Assembly: GCA_963664015.2 (NCBI GenBank)
Contig: CAXXLF010000002.1
Span: 896,001-960,000, forward strand
Direction: 5' to 3'
Origin: Candidatus Binatia bacterium
GTDB lineage: Bacteria; Desulfobacterota; Binatia; UBA9968; CAXXLF01
DNA length: 64,000 nt
Positions 21,978 through 32,975 of the stretch are shown in pieces (position 1 is the stretch's first letter; each line of letters opens with the position of its first letter). The notes beneath the pieces are model-generated. The model was given only the letters and a program-made list of their open reading frames with translations. It did no database searches and was not told the DNA's origin. The position numbers and the translations under genes are program-made.

Positions 21978-22442
21978 ATGAATAAGAAAATTCAATTGCG
22001 TGTGAATGGTAAGAAATACGACTTGGAGGTACCCACTCACCGGCTTCTGGTGGACGCCTTGCGCTATGATCTCGGCCTAACTGGAACTAAAGAAGGTTGC
22101 AGTGTCGGCGTGTGCGGCGCATGTACGGTCCTCATGGACGGAAACATGGTGAGTTCCTGCATCGCCCTAGCGGTTTTTGCTGATAAACGCGAGATCACGA
22201 CCGTCGAAGGACTGGCAAAAAACGGCAAACTTCATCCGGTACAACAGAGCTTTATCAAATACGGCGGCTTTCAATGCGGGATCTGTACTCCCGGCCAAGT
22301 GGTCGCAGCAAAGGCCCTGCTGGATAAAATTCGCAAACCCTCAGAGGATGAGGTCAAGGACTGGATGATGGGCAATCTCTGTCGTTGCACGGGTTATTAC
22401 AAGATCATCGAATCCATCCAAAAGGCTCATCAATTCAAGTAA
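21978..22442 (+). CDS. 2Fe-2S subunit, CoxS/XdhC family
   Basis: GTKEGCSVGVCGACTV, FQCGICTPG, GNLCRCTGY. Confidence 0.92.
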   Translation: MNKKIQLRVNGKKYDLEVPTHRLLVDALRYDLGLTGTKEGCSVGVCGACTVLMDGNMVSSCIALAVFADKREITTVEGLAKNGKLHPVQQSFIKYGGFQCGICTPGQVVAAKALLDKIRKPSEDEVKDWMMGNLCRCTGYYKIIESIQKAHQFK

Positions 22443-22452
22443 GGAAGCGATC

Positions 22453-23466
22453 ATGGTACCATTCGAATACCAGACACCGAAAAGTCTCAAGGAAGTTCAT
22501 CAGGGTCTCAAAACCCACGGCACCGATGCCAAGCTCATTGCCGGCGGCACAGCTCTGATCATCATGATGCGCCAACGTTTGGTGCGTCCGGCCTGTCTGA
22601 TCAGCCTTCGCTCGCTGCCCAAAATGAATGGAATCACAGTAAAGGACAGCGGCATCCAGATCGGGGCTTTGGCGACTCACCAGGAAATCGCAACCTCCTC
22701 CCTGGTGCGCCGGCGCATCCCGCTGTTAGCAGAGACCTACAGTCAGGTGGCCACGGTCCGGGTACGCAACATGGCTACGGTGGGCGGCGGCCTCGCCCAT
22801 GCGGACCCGAACCAGGATCCACCCCCCACCCTGATTGTCTTGGGAGCCACTGCAAAAGTGAGCTCCGCTGAGGGTACGCGCACGATCCCGTTGGAATCGT
22901 TTTTCACCGACTACTATGAAACCGTCCTCAAACCGGACGAGTTTCTCACCGAGATCTTTGTGCCGGCCCTCCCCGCCGGGAGCAGCGGGGCCTATTTAAA
23001 GTTTCTCCCACGCACAGCGGACGATTATGGGACGGTATCAGCCGCGTGCGTCGTCACCCTGGACAAGGACAGGAAAACCTTCCAAGATGTACGGATCGCA
23101 TTGGGCAGCGTGGGTTCGACACCCATCCACGCCAAAGAGGCCGAGGCCCTATTACGGGGGCAACCTGTGAAGCCTGAGGCTCTCAGGGAAGCAGCGGAAA
23201 AGGTAAAACTGGCCGTCGATCCGATCAGCGATTTTCGCGGCTCCGCGTCCTATAAAAAAGAGATGGCCGTTGTCTTCGTACGGCGGGCCCTGGAAAAGGC
23301 ATTGCAGGACCTGCGTAAAAAAACCGCATCAAAACCGCGCACGACGATGAAAAAAGGCACGGCGGCAAAAAAGAAACCCAGCGCAGCAAAAAAAACGCCC
23401 ACAGTGGCAAAGAAGAAACAGACGGCAGCAAAGAAAAAATCTACCGGAGTAAAAAGGAAAAGATGA
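22453..23466 (+). CDS. FAD-binding subunit, CoxM family, with Lys/Ala-rich tail
   Basis: IAGGT, RNMATVGG, ADP..D, DFRGSASYK; AKKK-repeat C-terminus. Confidence 0.9.
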   Translation: MVPFEYQTPKSLKEVHQGLKTHGTDAKLIAGGTALIIMMRQRLVRPACLISLRSLPKMNGITVKDSGIQIGALATHQEIATSSLVRRRIPLLAETYSQVATVRVRNMATVGGGLAHADPNQDPPPTLIVLGATAKVSSAEGTRTIPLESFFTDYYETVLKPDEFLTEIFVPALPAGSSGAYLKFLPRTADDYGTVSAACVVTLDKDRKTFQDVRIALGSVGSTPIHAKEAEALLRGQPVKPEALREAAEKVKLAVDPISDFRGSASYKKEMAVVFVRRALEKALQDLRKKTASKPRTTMKKGTAAKKKPSAAKKTPTVAKKKQTAAKKKSTGVKRKR

Positions 23467-23912
23467 AATTCAATCAAAAGGCAGTGGTCGCGGTCGCCCG
23501 TGAACCACTATGGAAATTTCTTATGGACATCCCCAAGGTCGCTCAGTCGCTTCCCGGGGTGGAAAAAATCGAACAACTGGACCCAGACACCTATCAAGGT
23601 ACTCTGAAGGTTCGCGTTGGACCCATATCCTTAAACCTGCAGGGGAAGATTACCGTGGAAGAGCGCGACCAGGACAACTGGCGTGCGACTTTGCGTGCCG
23701 ATGCAAATGATCGCGTGGCAGCGGGGGCCGTCCGCGGGAAAACGAGCATGACCCTTGTGGCACTCAATGCCAATGAGACCGAGCTATCGGTGGAAAGCGA
23801 CGTCAACATCCTAGGTAAGATTGGAGAGTTCGGGCAGCCGATTATCCGAAAAAAAGCAGATGCCATGCTTCAAGAATTTGTCAAAAATATCAAGACGCAA
23901 CTGGGCAGCTAA
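23463..23912 (+). CDS. CoxG/SRPBCC-family protein
   Basis: W.FLMD..VAQSLPG, KVRVGPI, GKIGEFG. Confidence 0.85.
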   Translation: MKFNQKAVVAVAREPLWKFLMDIPKVAQSLPGVEKIEQLDPDTYQGTLKVRVGPISLNLQGKITVEERDQDNWRATLRADANDRVAAGAVRGKTSMTLVALNANETELSVESDVNILGKIGEFGQPIIRKKADAMLQEFVKNIKTQLGS

Positions 23913-23964
23913 AGGTGCCGGTTTCTCCCCCCCCCCCGATCCCTATCCGCGTAATTCTTAACCA

Positions 23965-24843
23965 ATGAGCCCAGTGGGGAAATGGATCTTGGCGGCCCGC
24001 CCCAAGACCCTGTGGGCCGCTGTCGCTCCTGTGATCGTGGGGACGGCCATGGCCTACGAAACCGGAGGGCATCACTGGCCTTCTGCGTTTATTGCCCTAT
24101 TCTGCGCGGTGTTGATCCAGGTCGGAACGAATCTCGCCAACGACTATTTCGATCACCAGCAGGGAGCTGATACGGCGCAAAGACAGGGACCTCTCCGACT
24201 GACCCAATCAGGGTTAGTCACACCTCAGGCCATGAAACGGGCCACAGCCCTCGTATTTTTCATTGCCTGTATTGGAGGTCTTTATCTCATCCTGCGAGGA
24301 GGCTTGCCCGTTATCCTCATTGGCACCTTCTGCATTCTCTCGGGTATTCTCTACACGGGCGGGCCCTACCCATACGGTTATCATGGGCTAGGTGATCTTA
24401 TCTGCTTGATCTTCTTCGGACCGGTTGCCGTCGGCGGAACCTACTACGTCCAAGCCCTGGAGATTCACCCACTGGTTGTGGTTGCCGGACTGGGGCCGGG
24501 TTTGCTGACTACGGCGATCTTGACCGTGAACAACCTTCGCGATATTGATGAGGATCGTGAGACGGGAAAAAGGACTCTGGCCGTGCTCATGGGGAAACCC
24601 TTCACCCGGTGGGAATACGCCATCCTCATCGTGTTAGGCGCATCGATCCCAGTTGTCCTTTACCTACAATCCGGTCAACACCTGAGCTCCCTGATCACGC
24701 TGGCCATAATACCCATTGCCTATCCAGCCTTTAAAACCCTCGTCACGCAATCCAACGGGCCCTCACTGAACCCGGTCTTGGCTGCTACAGCAAGGCTGCT
24801 CCTACTCTACAGCGCGTTGTTTTCAGTCAGCTGGATACTCTGA
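23965..24843 (+). CDS. menA: 1,4-dihydroxy-2-naphthoate polyprenyltransferase
   Basis: AARPKTL, NLANDYFD..GAD, YTGGPYPYGYHGLGD, NNLRDIDED..GKRTLAV. Confidence 0.92.
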   Translation: MSPVGKWILAARPKTLWAAVAPVIVGTAMAYETGGHHWPSAFIALFCAVLIQVGTNLANDYFDHQQGADTAQRQGPLRLTQSGLVTPQAMKRATALVFFIACIGGLYLILRGGLPVILIGTFCILSGILYTGGPYPYGYHGLGDLICLIFFGPVAVGGTYYVQALEIHPLVVVAGLGPGLLTTAILTVNNLRDIDEDRETGKRTLAVLMGKPFTRWEYAILIVLGASIPVVLYLQSGQHLSSLITLAIIPIAYPAFKTLVTQSNGPSLNPVLAATARLLLLYSALFSVSWIL

Positions 24844-24913
24844 TAAAGATCTCGGCTCTAGTCCCTCAGCAAACCGCACATCTCCGGTTCAATCACGCGA
24901 CCGGCGACTCAAC

Positions 24914-25528
24914 CTAGCGCAGCGGTGAAAAGGATGCGGGAACGACGATGGCATTTTCCTGTTTGAGCATGAACTCACTGGTCTGGGGAGGCCAGTTGGG
25001 AAGCTTCATGCTCTCGGTACGAATCCGCGCCCTCTCGGCCAAATCCTTATACGGCCAGATGTGAATGAACTGATTGAGTGGACCAACAGCCGTATGCCAA
25101 CAGGCGGCCAAGGGCGAGAGCTGCACGCGTTCGGCAATGATCTTCTGCCACCTTTCGAGCACCGTAGGCATCGCCCCGGGCAGATAGGTATAGGTTCGGA
25201 TCTCGTATACGTTGCCGAGCTCTTTTTCCTCAAGGGGTGGGGAAAAGGGAGCGATCTGAAGTATCTTGTTCTCCTGGGTAAGGATAAGTTCCCGGTTGTT
25301 AGGCGGCCATTTCCCGGATTTTCTGGCTTCACCCATGATGCGTTCCCGGTCTCCAAAGTCCTTGTACGGCCAGACGTGAATCACCTGATTCAGCGCACCG
25401 ATCTCTGAATGCCAGAAGGCACCGAGGGGGGAGAATTCCGAACGGTGTGGCAGGGCCGCGGCAAAGCGTTCCTCAAAGGTTTGGATCTTATTCGGTTTCA
25501 GGGTATAGGTCCGCATTTCGACAATCAT
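24914..25528 (-). CDS. NIPSNAP-family protein (two domains)
   Basis: E.RTY motif twice, G.LNQ.IH.WPY twice, FSPLR end. Confidence 0.88.
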   Translation of the reverse strand: MIVEMRTYTLKPNKIQTFEERFAAALPHRSEFSPLGAFWHSEIGALNQVIHVWPYKDFGDRERIMGEARKSGKWPPNNRELILTQENKILQIAPFSPPLEEKELGNVYEIRTYTYLPGAMPTVLERWQKIIAERVQLSPLAACWHTAVGPLNQFIHIWPYKDLAERARIRTESMKLPNWPPQTSEFMLKQENAIVVPASFSPLR

Positions 25529-25568
25529 CTCTGTCCCCCTCTTTTTCTAACGTCGGCCTTCCAATGGG

Positions 25569-27824
25569 CTAGCTCTCTGACCTCTCTTTAATCGCACGGT
25601 AGACCTGATCGGACGTGATGGGCAGCGCAAAGGACCGGCACCCAACTGCGTCCGCTACCGCGTTGGCTATGGCGGCAATCGGGCCATTATTGGACATCTC
25701 ACCAATGGCTTTGGCGCCGTAGGGTCCCGGTCCACCATTGGAATGGACCAGTTTGGTAACCAACTTCGGCACGTCGGCTATCGTCGGAACCTTGTAATCT
25801 CCCAGGTGAGTGGTCATAACTCGACCCTCTTCGATCCTCAAATCTTCCATCGTCGCCATTCCGATGCCTTGCACCAAGCCCCCCTCTATTTGCCCCTGGT
25901 GAGTCATTGGATTGATGATGGTTCCAACGTCGTGAGCGGTCACGAACCGAGTGACCCGAAACTGACCGGTCTCGGTGTCAACCTTGACCTCGGCCACTTG
26001 CGCGCTATAACAGGTAATATCCCGTCTTCCCTTCGGGTTCACGTTGGCCGTAACCTGCAATAAGCCGTCTTGCCCCCCGCGCTTGACGATATCACCCATA
26101 ATAAGAACCCGCCTTGGATCCTCCCGGGGCCAGAACTTTTCACCGCGGTGCACAATCTCCTCCAGGGGGCATTCCAAGATCTCGGCCGCATGGCTAGCCA
26201 ATTGCTCCTTCAGATCACCGGACGCTTGAAGAATTGCCGCTCCCGCAATGTTGGTTCCCCGCATCGCCCCAGTACCGCAATCCTTCGGGGCCGTATCCGT
26301 ATCCCCTACAACCACTTCAACCCGGTCCATAGGCAACTCGAACTCCTTGGCCACGATCTGGCGCAAGATCGTATGGGCACCGACTCCTTGGTCAAAGATG
26401 GGGCTGATGATCGTGATGGTCCCGTTAGCGCCTGCCACAAGCGTCGCACCGGTGGGACCGGCCCCAACATGACGATCGTAAATGGCGATGCCGCGACCCG
26501 TATTCGAGCCCCGTTTGCCACGTTTCCAACCAAAGGCGTCAAGGGCCGCCAACAGTGTGTCTCGGGCTTTGACTTCCTGCTGGCGCTCTCCCAATGCATT
26601 TTCCTCCCCGTCCTCAATAATATTCATGAGACGAAACTCGGCGGGATCCATATCCAACGCTTTTGCAATGAGATCGTTGTGAGACTCTACAGCGAAGTTG
26701 GTTTGGGGAGCCCCAGGGGCTCGGAAGAATCCGCTCGGGACTGTATTCGTATAGACCTGAATGGCCTCAAAAAAGGTGTTGTCAATTCGGTAGGGCCCCC
26801 CCGCATGGGACGCGCCGCCAATGGAAACACTGACAACTGGCTTGAATGCCCCGTAGGCCCCGCTGTTATGGATCGCCTTTAGCGTACGCGCAACCATTCG
26901 ACCGTCTTTTTTTACACCCGTACGGACGGTGATGACCGACGGATGAGTGGGGTTACCCGCGGTGAGTTCTTCGTAGTATGTCATGACGATTTTGACTGGG
27001 CGTTTTGCCTGTTGCGCTAGAAAGGCAGCAATGGGAAGGTCCATGGCGTCGCCCTTGCCACCGAAGTCCCCTCCCACATAGACCGGATTGATCCGAATGT
27101 TCGCCTCTGGAATTCCCATTGCCTTGGCCAGCTGATCACGAATACTGAATGAACTCTTGGTTGAGATCCAGACGTCCAACCGACCGTTGGCATCAATGGC
27201 CACAACCCCCGCATGGGGCTCAATATAACCGTGATGCCGACCGGGGGTGCGAAATGTATGCTCAAGGATGAGATCTGCCTCCTGAAAGCCTTTCTCCACA
27301 TCCCCTTTTTGCCAGGTCACTCGGGTCAGACCGTTGGGAACCTCAGGAATAGCAGCCGAATCGAGCATCCCGTCATAGATACGAGCATCTTCGTGGATTC
27401 TGGGAGAATCCGCTTGCATGGCGTCCAACGAGTCGGTCACGGCGGGCAACACCTCATACTCCACGTCGATATACTGGAGCGCCTCCTCCGCGGCATCTAG
27501 TGATTCGGCCGCAACAGCCGCAACGCGGTCTCCCACAAATCGCACCTTGTCCCAACACAGGACAGGCATATCCCTTAAGCGTCTCCCCATCAAATGACCG
27601 GGAACCTCCTTACCGGTGATCACAGCCCGGACCCCGTCAACCTTCCAGGCGCGAGACCCATCCACACTAACAATACGGGCATGGGGGTGGGGACTGCGTA
27701 ACACTTTTCCCCAAAGCATCCCAGGGAGCTCGATATCTGCTGCATAAAGGGCATGCCCTGTTACCTTCTCGGGGCCTTCCGCCCTCACGACAGAAGCACC
27801 GATAGGCGAGTCGTTTGTTGTCAT
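25569..27824 (-). CDS. Xanthine dehydrogenase-family molybdopterin-binding subunit
   Basis: KVTG, RSPHPHARI, VGGDFGGK, FRAPG, GQIEGG..QGIG, GAKAIGE. Confidence 0.92.
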   Translation of the reverse strand: MTTNDSPIGASVVRAEGPEKVTGHALYAADIELPGMLWGKVLRSPHPHARIVSVDGSRAWKVDGVRAVITGKEVPGHLMGRRLRDMPVLCWDKVRFVGDRVAAVAAESLDAAEEALQYIDVEYEVLPAVTDSLDAMQADSPRIHEDARIYDGMLDSAAIPEVPNGLTRVTWQKGDVEKGFQEADLILEHTFRTPGRHHGYIEPHAGVVAIDANGRLDVWISTKSSFSIRDQLAKAMGIPEANIRINPVYVGGDFGGKGDAMDLPIAAFLAQQAKRPVKIVMTYYEELTAGNPTHPSVITVRTGVKKDGRMVARTLKAIHNSGAYGAFKPVVSVSIGGASHAGGPYRIDNTFFEAIQVYTNTVPSGFFRAPGAPQTNFAVESHNDLIAKALDMDPAEFRLMNIIEDGEENALGERQQEVKARDTLLAALDAFGWKRGKRGSNTGRGIAIYDRHVGAGPTGATLVAGANGTITIISPIFDQGVGAHTILRQIVAKEFELPMDRVEVVVGDTDTAPKDCGTGAMRGTNIAGAAILQASGDLKEQLASHAAEILECPLEEIVHRGEKFWPREDPRRVLIMGDIVKRGGQDGLLQVTANVNPKGRRDITCYSAQVAEVKVDTETGQFRVTRFVTAHDVGTIINPMTHQGQIEGGLVQGIGMATMEDLRIEEGRVMTTHLGDYKVPTIADVPKLVTKLVHSNGGPGPYGAKAIGEMSNNGPIAAIANAVADAVGCRSFALPITSDQVYRAIKERSES

Positions 27825-27965
27825 AGGGTCTCATCCTCCAGATTACGGCCTCATGGACCGAGAGACACGAATTATCCCTAAATGCAGAGAAAGATCAAGC
27901 CGAATCCGCTTGAAAACGACTTTTAAAGGACCGCCCAGGGACCCACCCCCGCGGCTACGGCGCCT

Positions 27966-28742
27966 TCAATGGGAGAGGATTTGGCTGAGAAAGGACTTTG
28001 TCCGTTCCGATTTAGGCTGATCAAAAAACTCCTGAGTGGTATTTTCCTCTATTACCTCCCCCCCATCCATAAACATCATTCGGTTAGCCATGGTACGGGC
28101 AAAGCCCATTTCATGGGTGACCACGACCATCGTCATGCCATCCTCCGCAAGGCCGACGATGACGTCTAAAACTTCCTTGATCATCTCGGGATCCAGTGCG
28201 GAGGTGGGCTCATCGAAAAGCATGATCTTGGGATTCATACATAGGCTGCGGGCGATGGCCACCCGCTGCTGCTGGCCACCGGAGAGCTGCCCTGGGTACT
28301 TGTGAGCCTGTTCCGGAATACGGACCCGCTCAAGATAATTCATCGCAATCTCTTGGGCCTCCAAGCGGGGCATCTTGCGAACCCAAGTCGGGGCAAGGCA
28401 CAGGTTTTTCATAATCGTAAGATGGGGGAAAAGATTGAACTGTTGAAAAACCATTCCCACCTCGCGACGGATTTGCTCGATATCTTTGAGATCGTTGGTG
28501 AGTTCCACACCATCCACAACGATCCGACCGCGTTGGTGCTCCTCGAGTCGGTTCATGCATCGAATCATGGTAGATTTTCCCGATCCCGACGGCCCGCAGA
28601 CGACCATTCGCTCACCGCGGTGAATCGTCAGGTTGATGTCCCGGAGCACATGGAACTCACCGTACCACTTGTGGACACCTTCCATACGAATCATGGGACG
28701 GTCTGATTCCGTCCTCGTCTCGCCGGTCCCGACTTTATCCAT
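27966..28742 (-). CDS. aapP: General L-amino acid ABC ATP-binding protein
   Basis: [32 protein letters not shown]; GGAGG before MDKV. Confidence 0.9.
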   Translation of the reverse strand: MDKVGTGETRTESDRPMIRMEGVHKWYGEFHVLRDINLTIHRGERMVVCGPSGSGKSTMIRCMNRLEEHQRGRIVVDGVELTNDLKDIEQIRREVGMVFQQFNLFPHLTIMKNLCLAPTWVRKMPRLEAQEIAMNYLERVRIPEQAHKYPGQLSGGQQQRVAIARSLCMNPKIMLFDEPTSALDPEMIKEVLDVIVGLAEDGMTMVVVTHEMGFARTMANRMMFMDGGEVIEENTTQEFFDQPKSERTKSFLSQILSH

Positions 28743-28753
28743 CGCTCCTCCCC

Positions 28754-29881
28754 TCAAACTCCCTTTCCATTTACCCGTAACCTCCCTTCGAGAACGACAC
28801 TGAAGCGTGACATGCCGAAGCAAAATACCCAAAATACAAGCCCCGCAAAAACGTAGCTTTCCTTGGTATAGCCCAACCAATTGGGATCGCTGGTCGCCGC
28901 TTGAACGATCCCCAAAAGATCGAACAGGCCGATAATCAACACCAAGGTTGTGTCTTTGAACAACCCAATAAAGGTATTGACGATCCCCGGAATAACGATA
29001 CGTAGAGCCTGCGGCAATATGATCAAACCCATCATCTTCCAATAACCCAACCCCAGGGCTTGAGCCGCCTCATACTGGCCGCGCGGAATGGCCTGAAGCC
29101 CGCCACGAACAACCTCCGCCATATAAGCGGCAGCAAAAAGAGCTACACCTACCAGTGCACGCAGCAGCTTGTCAAAATTCACTCCCTCAGGGAGAAACAT
29201 AGGCAGCATAACTGAAGCCATAAAGAGAATGGTAATCAGAGGTACCCCACGCACGAGCTCGATGAAGGCGATGCAGAGGGCTCGGATCACAGGCATCGCC
29301 GAGCGACGCCCCAACGCCAGTACGACACCCATGGGAAACGAGGCAACGATTCCTACCCCAGCAATCACTAGCGTCAACATGAGGCCACCCCAGAGGGATG
29401 TCTCGACCCGAGGTAACCCGGACACTCCCCCGTTGAGCAAGAGGGCCCCAACCATGGGATAGACCAATAGCAGGACAGCGCCGATCCATAATCTCTTCGG
29501 AAACCTTGGAAACAGGAGAGGGGCTCCCAGTCCGCAGAGGAGCAGGAATGTGACATTGACACGCCACCGCTCGGCTTCAGGATAAAAGCCGTAGATGAAC
29601 TGGGCTAGGCGAACTTTAATGAAGACCCAGCATGCCCCGTCGCCTGTACAGTCCTGCCGCGTCTCACCACTCCAACTGGCATCGATGAAGGCCCAACGGA
29701 GGATCGGCGGGAATACCCAAAGGATCATTCCCACGGCCAAGAGGGTCCACAGGATCTGGAGGGGCGAGGACAGAAGATTGCGGCGGACCCAATCCACCGG
29801 CCCCAGGGATCTCAGAGGACCCAATCCTTCGCCAGTTGTCATACCTCTCTCTGTCCCCATTTCACCTATCCACGAGAGCAA
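28754..29881 (-). CDS. aapM: General L-amino acid ABC permease
   Basis: [42 protein letters not shown]. Confidence 0.88.
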   Translation of the reverse strand: MLSWIGEMGTERGMTTGEGLGPLRSLGPVDWVRRNLLSSPLQILWTLLAVGMILWVFPPILRWAFIDASWSGETRQDCTGDGACWVFIKVRLAQFIYGFYPEAERWRVNVTFLLLCGLGAPLLFPRFPKRLWIGAVLLLVYPMVGALLLNGGVSGLPRVETSLWGGLMLTLVIAGVGIVASFPMGVVLALGRRSAMPVIRALCIAFIELVRGVPLITILFMASVMLPMFLPEGVNFDKLLRALVGVALFAAAYMAEVVRGGLQAIPRGQYEAAQALGLGYWKMMGLIILPQALRIVIPGIVNTFIGLFKDTTLVLIIGLFDLLGIVQAATSDPNWLGYTKESYVFAGLVFWVFCFGMSRFSVVLEGRLRVNGKGV

Positions 29882-31010
29882 TCCGGCGATTGTACCAATT
29901 CATCAATAGCGATATGGTTAAGCTAATCCCAAGATATACAGCCATCGTTATGGCGATCACCTCAACGGCTTGACCCGTCTGGTTGAGCACAGTGCCCATA
30001 AACACCGATACCAGTTCTGGATAAGCAATGGCCACGGCGAGCGACGAGTTTTTGGTGAGATTCAGATACTGGCTGGTCAAGGGCGGAATAATAACCCGAA
30101 GGGCTTGAGGTACGATGATGAGTCGTACCGTCTGACCGGGTTTGAGACCAAGTGAATAGGCCGCTTCGGTTTGCCCCGCAGGCACCGACTGGATCCCCGC
30201 GCGGAAGATCTCCGCGATGAACGAAGCCGTATATACAGACAGGGCCAACAATAGGGCGATGAATTCAGGTATGATGACCAACCCTCCTGCGAAGTTGAAA
30301 CCTTGCAGCTTGGGGATTTTCCATGACAGGGGCGAACCGGTGGCCACGAAAGCCGTCAGGGGAAACCCAACCAGGATCACCAGAGAGACTGGGCCTGTAG
30401 GAAAAGGCCGGCCTGTAGCTTCGCGCCGGCGACGGGCCCAGCGACACATCAGGACGACCGCCACGACGCCAATCACTAAGACCCACAGGGCGACCCCGAA
30501 GCCGCTCTCCCAAATAGGCTTCGGTCCATAGATCCCTCGATTATTGAGGAAGAAAATCTCTCCCCATTGGAAAGCGTTACGTGGCGACGGCAAGGGGAGA
30601 AGGATGGCAAAGTACCAGAAGAAGAGCTGCAATAAGAGAGGGACGTTGCGAAACATCTCCACGTAGAGAGCCGCCAATCTCGCCAGCAGCCAGTTGCTGG
30701 ATAATCTTGCCAAGCCCACGAGAAGTCCAATGACGGTTGAGAGGATAATGCCCAATACGGAGACCAGAAGGGTATTGAGTAAGCCGACCAAAAAGGCGCG
30801 TCCATAGGTTGACTCTTCGGAATAATCGATGAGATACGTGATTATCCCGAATCCGGCCGTGGACCCCAGGAAATCAAATCCTGTGGCAATGCCTCTTCGT
30901 TCCAAATTGTTCAGTGTGTTGTTGATGAGGAAAATGCTAAAAGCAATGACACCGGCGAGAGCGAGCGCTTGAAAGAGCAGGGCACGGAAGCGACTATCGT
31001 TCCAGATCAC
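29862..31010 (-). CDS. aapQ: General L-amino acid ABC permease
   Basis: GFDFL..AGFGI, RAFLVGLLNT, GFNFAGG, YLNLTKNSSLA. Confidence 0.88.
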   Translation of the reverse strand: MIWNDSRFRALLFQALALAGVIAFSIFLINNTLNNLERRGIATGFDFLGSTAGFGIITYLIDYSEESTYGRAFLVGLLNTLLVSVLGIILSTVIGLLVGLARLSSNWLLARLAALYVEMFRNVPLLLQLFFWYFAILLPLPSPRNAFQWGEIFFLNNRGIYGPKPIWESGFGVALWVLVIGVVAVVLMCRWARRRREATGRPFPTGPVSLVILVGFPLTAFVATGSPLSWKIPKLQGFNFAGGLVIIPEFIALLLALSVYTASFIAEIFRAGIQSVPAGQTEAAYSLGLKPGQTVRLIIVPQALRVIIPPLTSQYLNLTKNSSLAVAIAYPELVSVFMGTVLNQTGQAVEVIAITMAVYLGISLTISLLMNWYNRRIALVDR

Positions 31011-31085
31011 AGGTTGACCACAAAACAGATCAGACTCATGCCAGTGGAGCTCAAATCCGTTGCCACTGAACTGGCAGAGAACTCC

Positions 31086-32114
31086 CTAGCGCATGGGGGG
31101 AGCGTACAGGAGGCCGCCTTTATTCCACAGCTGGTTTAGCCCTCGTTCAAGCTTCAAAGGCGTGTCAGGACCCACGTTGCGGGCATAGACCTCACCGTAG
31201 TTCCCGACCTGCTTGATCAACCAATAGGCCCAATGATTAGTGAGTTCCAGTTTGGCTCCCAGATCACCTTCCACACCCAACAGTCGCCTGACCTGGGGGT
31301 CAGTGGATTTGGCCTTCATCGCATCCACATTGCGCGATGTCACTCCTTTTTCCTCTCCCGTAACCATGGCGTTTAACGTCCAGCGGACAACATCGCCCCA
31401 CCGGTTGTCCCCATGACGGACCGCGGGGCCCAAAGGTTCTTTTGAAATGATTTCGGGAAGCACCAGGTGATCGCCGGACCTGGCAAGCTTGATACGCACT
31501 GCGGCCAAACCCGAACGGTCAGTGGTAAACGCGTCGCAGCGGCCCGCATCGTAAGCCGCTACCGCCTCGTCCGTGTTGCCAAAGACCACCGGGCTGTATT
31601 TCATCTTGTTAGCACGAAAATAGTCTCCTAGATTTAGCTCGGTTGTCGTTCCCGTAATCACACACACGCTCGCGCCACTGAGTTCCAGAGCACTCTTAAC
31701 CTTTAGATTTTTCCGGACCATAAAACCCTGACCATCGTAAAAAATGACTCCGGCGAAGTCCAAGCCAAGGGCGCTGTCCCGGATAAGGGTCCAGGTCGTA
31801 TTGCTTGACAGGACATCAATTTCGCCCGACTGCAAGGCAGTAAAACGCTCCTTCGCAGAGACAGGCCTGAATTTGACTTTTTTAGCATCGCCAAAGATAG
31901 CCGCCGCAAGGGCACGGCATACATCGACATCGATGCCAACCCAACGGCCCTTGTCGTCGGGGTTGGAAAAACCGGGTAGCCCCGGATGGTGCACTCCGCA
32001 GCGGACAAAGCCCTTTGCCTTGACACCGTCCAAGGTGCTTCCCCCATGAGCACGTCCCCCTCCCAAGCATAGACTCAGGACCAAACTAATAACCAAGGTG
32101 GCAATTTGTCGCAT
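31086..32114 (-). CDS. aapJ: General L-amino acid ABC substrate-binding protein
   Basis: RFTALQSGEIDVL, FYDGQGF, ISKEPLGP, VGNYGE, GGLLYAPPMR. Confidence 0.9.
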   Translation of the reverse strand: MRQIATLVISLVLSLCLGGGRAHGGSTLDGVKAKGFVRCGVHHPGLPGFSNPDDKGRWVGIDVDVCRALAAAIFGDAKKVKFRPVSAKERFTALQSGEIDVLSSNTTWTLIRDSALGLDFAGVIFYDGQGFMVRKNLKVKSALELSGASVCVITGTTTELNLGDYFRANKMKYSPVVFGNTDEAVAAYDAGRCDAFTTDRSGLAAVRIKLARSGDHLVLPEIISKEPLGPAVRHGDNRWGDVVRWTLNAMVTGEEKGVTSRNVDAMKAKSTDPQVRRLLGVEGDLGAKLELTNHWAYWLIKQVGNYGEVYARNVGPDTPLKLERGLNQLWNKGGLLYAPPMR

Positions 32115-32213
32115 AAAAGTTTTTCTCCTCCGGTAAAATACTTTTTGAGTAAGCCCGTTAACTGTGTGCCGTCAATTATAGACAGAGGAATGACCGGGCA
32201 TCAATGTTTGATC

Positions 32214-32975
32214 TTATCTATTTCTCCACTGAGGGGACCGCTTGGCCAAGAACGCCTGAACACCTTCCTCAACATCTTCGGTTTTGAGAAGGATATTCAG
32301 GTACCGCTCCTCGGATTTCCGCAGGTGTTGATCGAGAGCAGCCAATCCCACTTCCCGGAGTCCCATAAGGGTGATGTGCAGGACGGCGGAGCTATTCGCT
32401 TTGAGTTCCGTTAAGAGAGATTCAACCGCCGGGTCCAATTCCCCGACCGGAACCACTCGGTTAACCAAACCGATCTCTCTGGCCTCGTGAGCCGTAATGC
32501 GACGGCCTGTCAGAATGAGCTCCGCCGCACGGTGGTAGCCAATATGGGAAGGGAAACGGGCCAGCGCTACAGGAGGATAGCACCCCAGCGTGATTTCCGG
32601 GGTGGCGAAAAAACTTGCCTCCGAGGCGAGAACCAGATCACAGCTACTGGCCAACTCCCAGCCTCCCCCGAGGCAGGCTCCGTTGACCACTGCAATGGTA
32701 ACCTGCCTAAGGCTAAAAAGCTTTCGAATAACACCGTGAACCGCATCCAGCATGGCGGGGGCTTTTTCCCGAGTATGGTCCTTGACATCCACCCCGGCAG
32801 AAAAGGCACGCTCTCCCCCCCCCCTCAACACCAGACAATCGATTTCCTTATCGCCCTCAAGTACATCCAGCTCCCTTCTCAACTCACTCAGCAACGATAA
32901 ATCCAAAACGTTTAAAGGGGGACGATCTAACGTCATCCAGGCTACACGGTCTTTTTTGTCCAGAATTACACCCAT
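32214..32975 (-). CDS. Enoyl-CoA hydratase/isomerase (crotonase family, Dch-like)
   Basis: RPPLNVL, FSAGVDV, CLGGG.EL, PEITLG, EGVQAFL.KR.PQW. Confidence 0.88.
   Translation of the reverse strand: MGVILDKKDRVAWMTLDRPPLNVLDLSLLSELRRELDVLEGDKEIDCLVLRGGGERAFSAGVDVKDHTREKAPAMLDAVHGVIRKLFSLRQVTIAVVNGACLGGGWELASSCDLVLASEASFFATPEITLGCYPPVALARFPSHIGYHRAAELILTGRRITAHEAREIGLVNRVVPVGELDPAVESLLTELKANSSAVLHITLMGLREVGLAALDQHLRKSEERYLNILLKTEDVEEGVQAFLAKRSPQWRNR

Noticed and set aside
25569-27824. Aerobic CO dehydrogenase CoxL
   Set aside because: Active-site loop is FFRAPGA, not form I AYxCSFR or form II AYRGAGR
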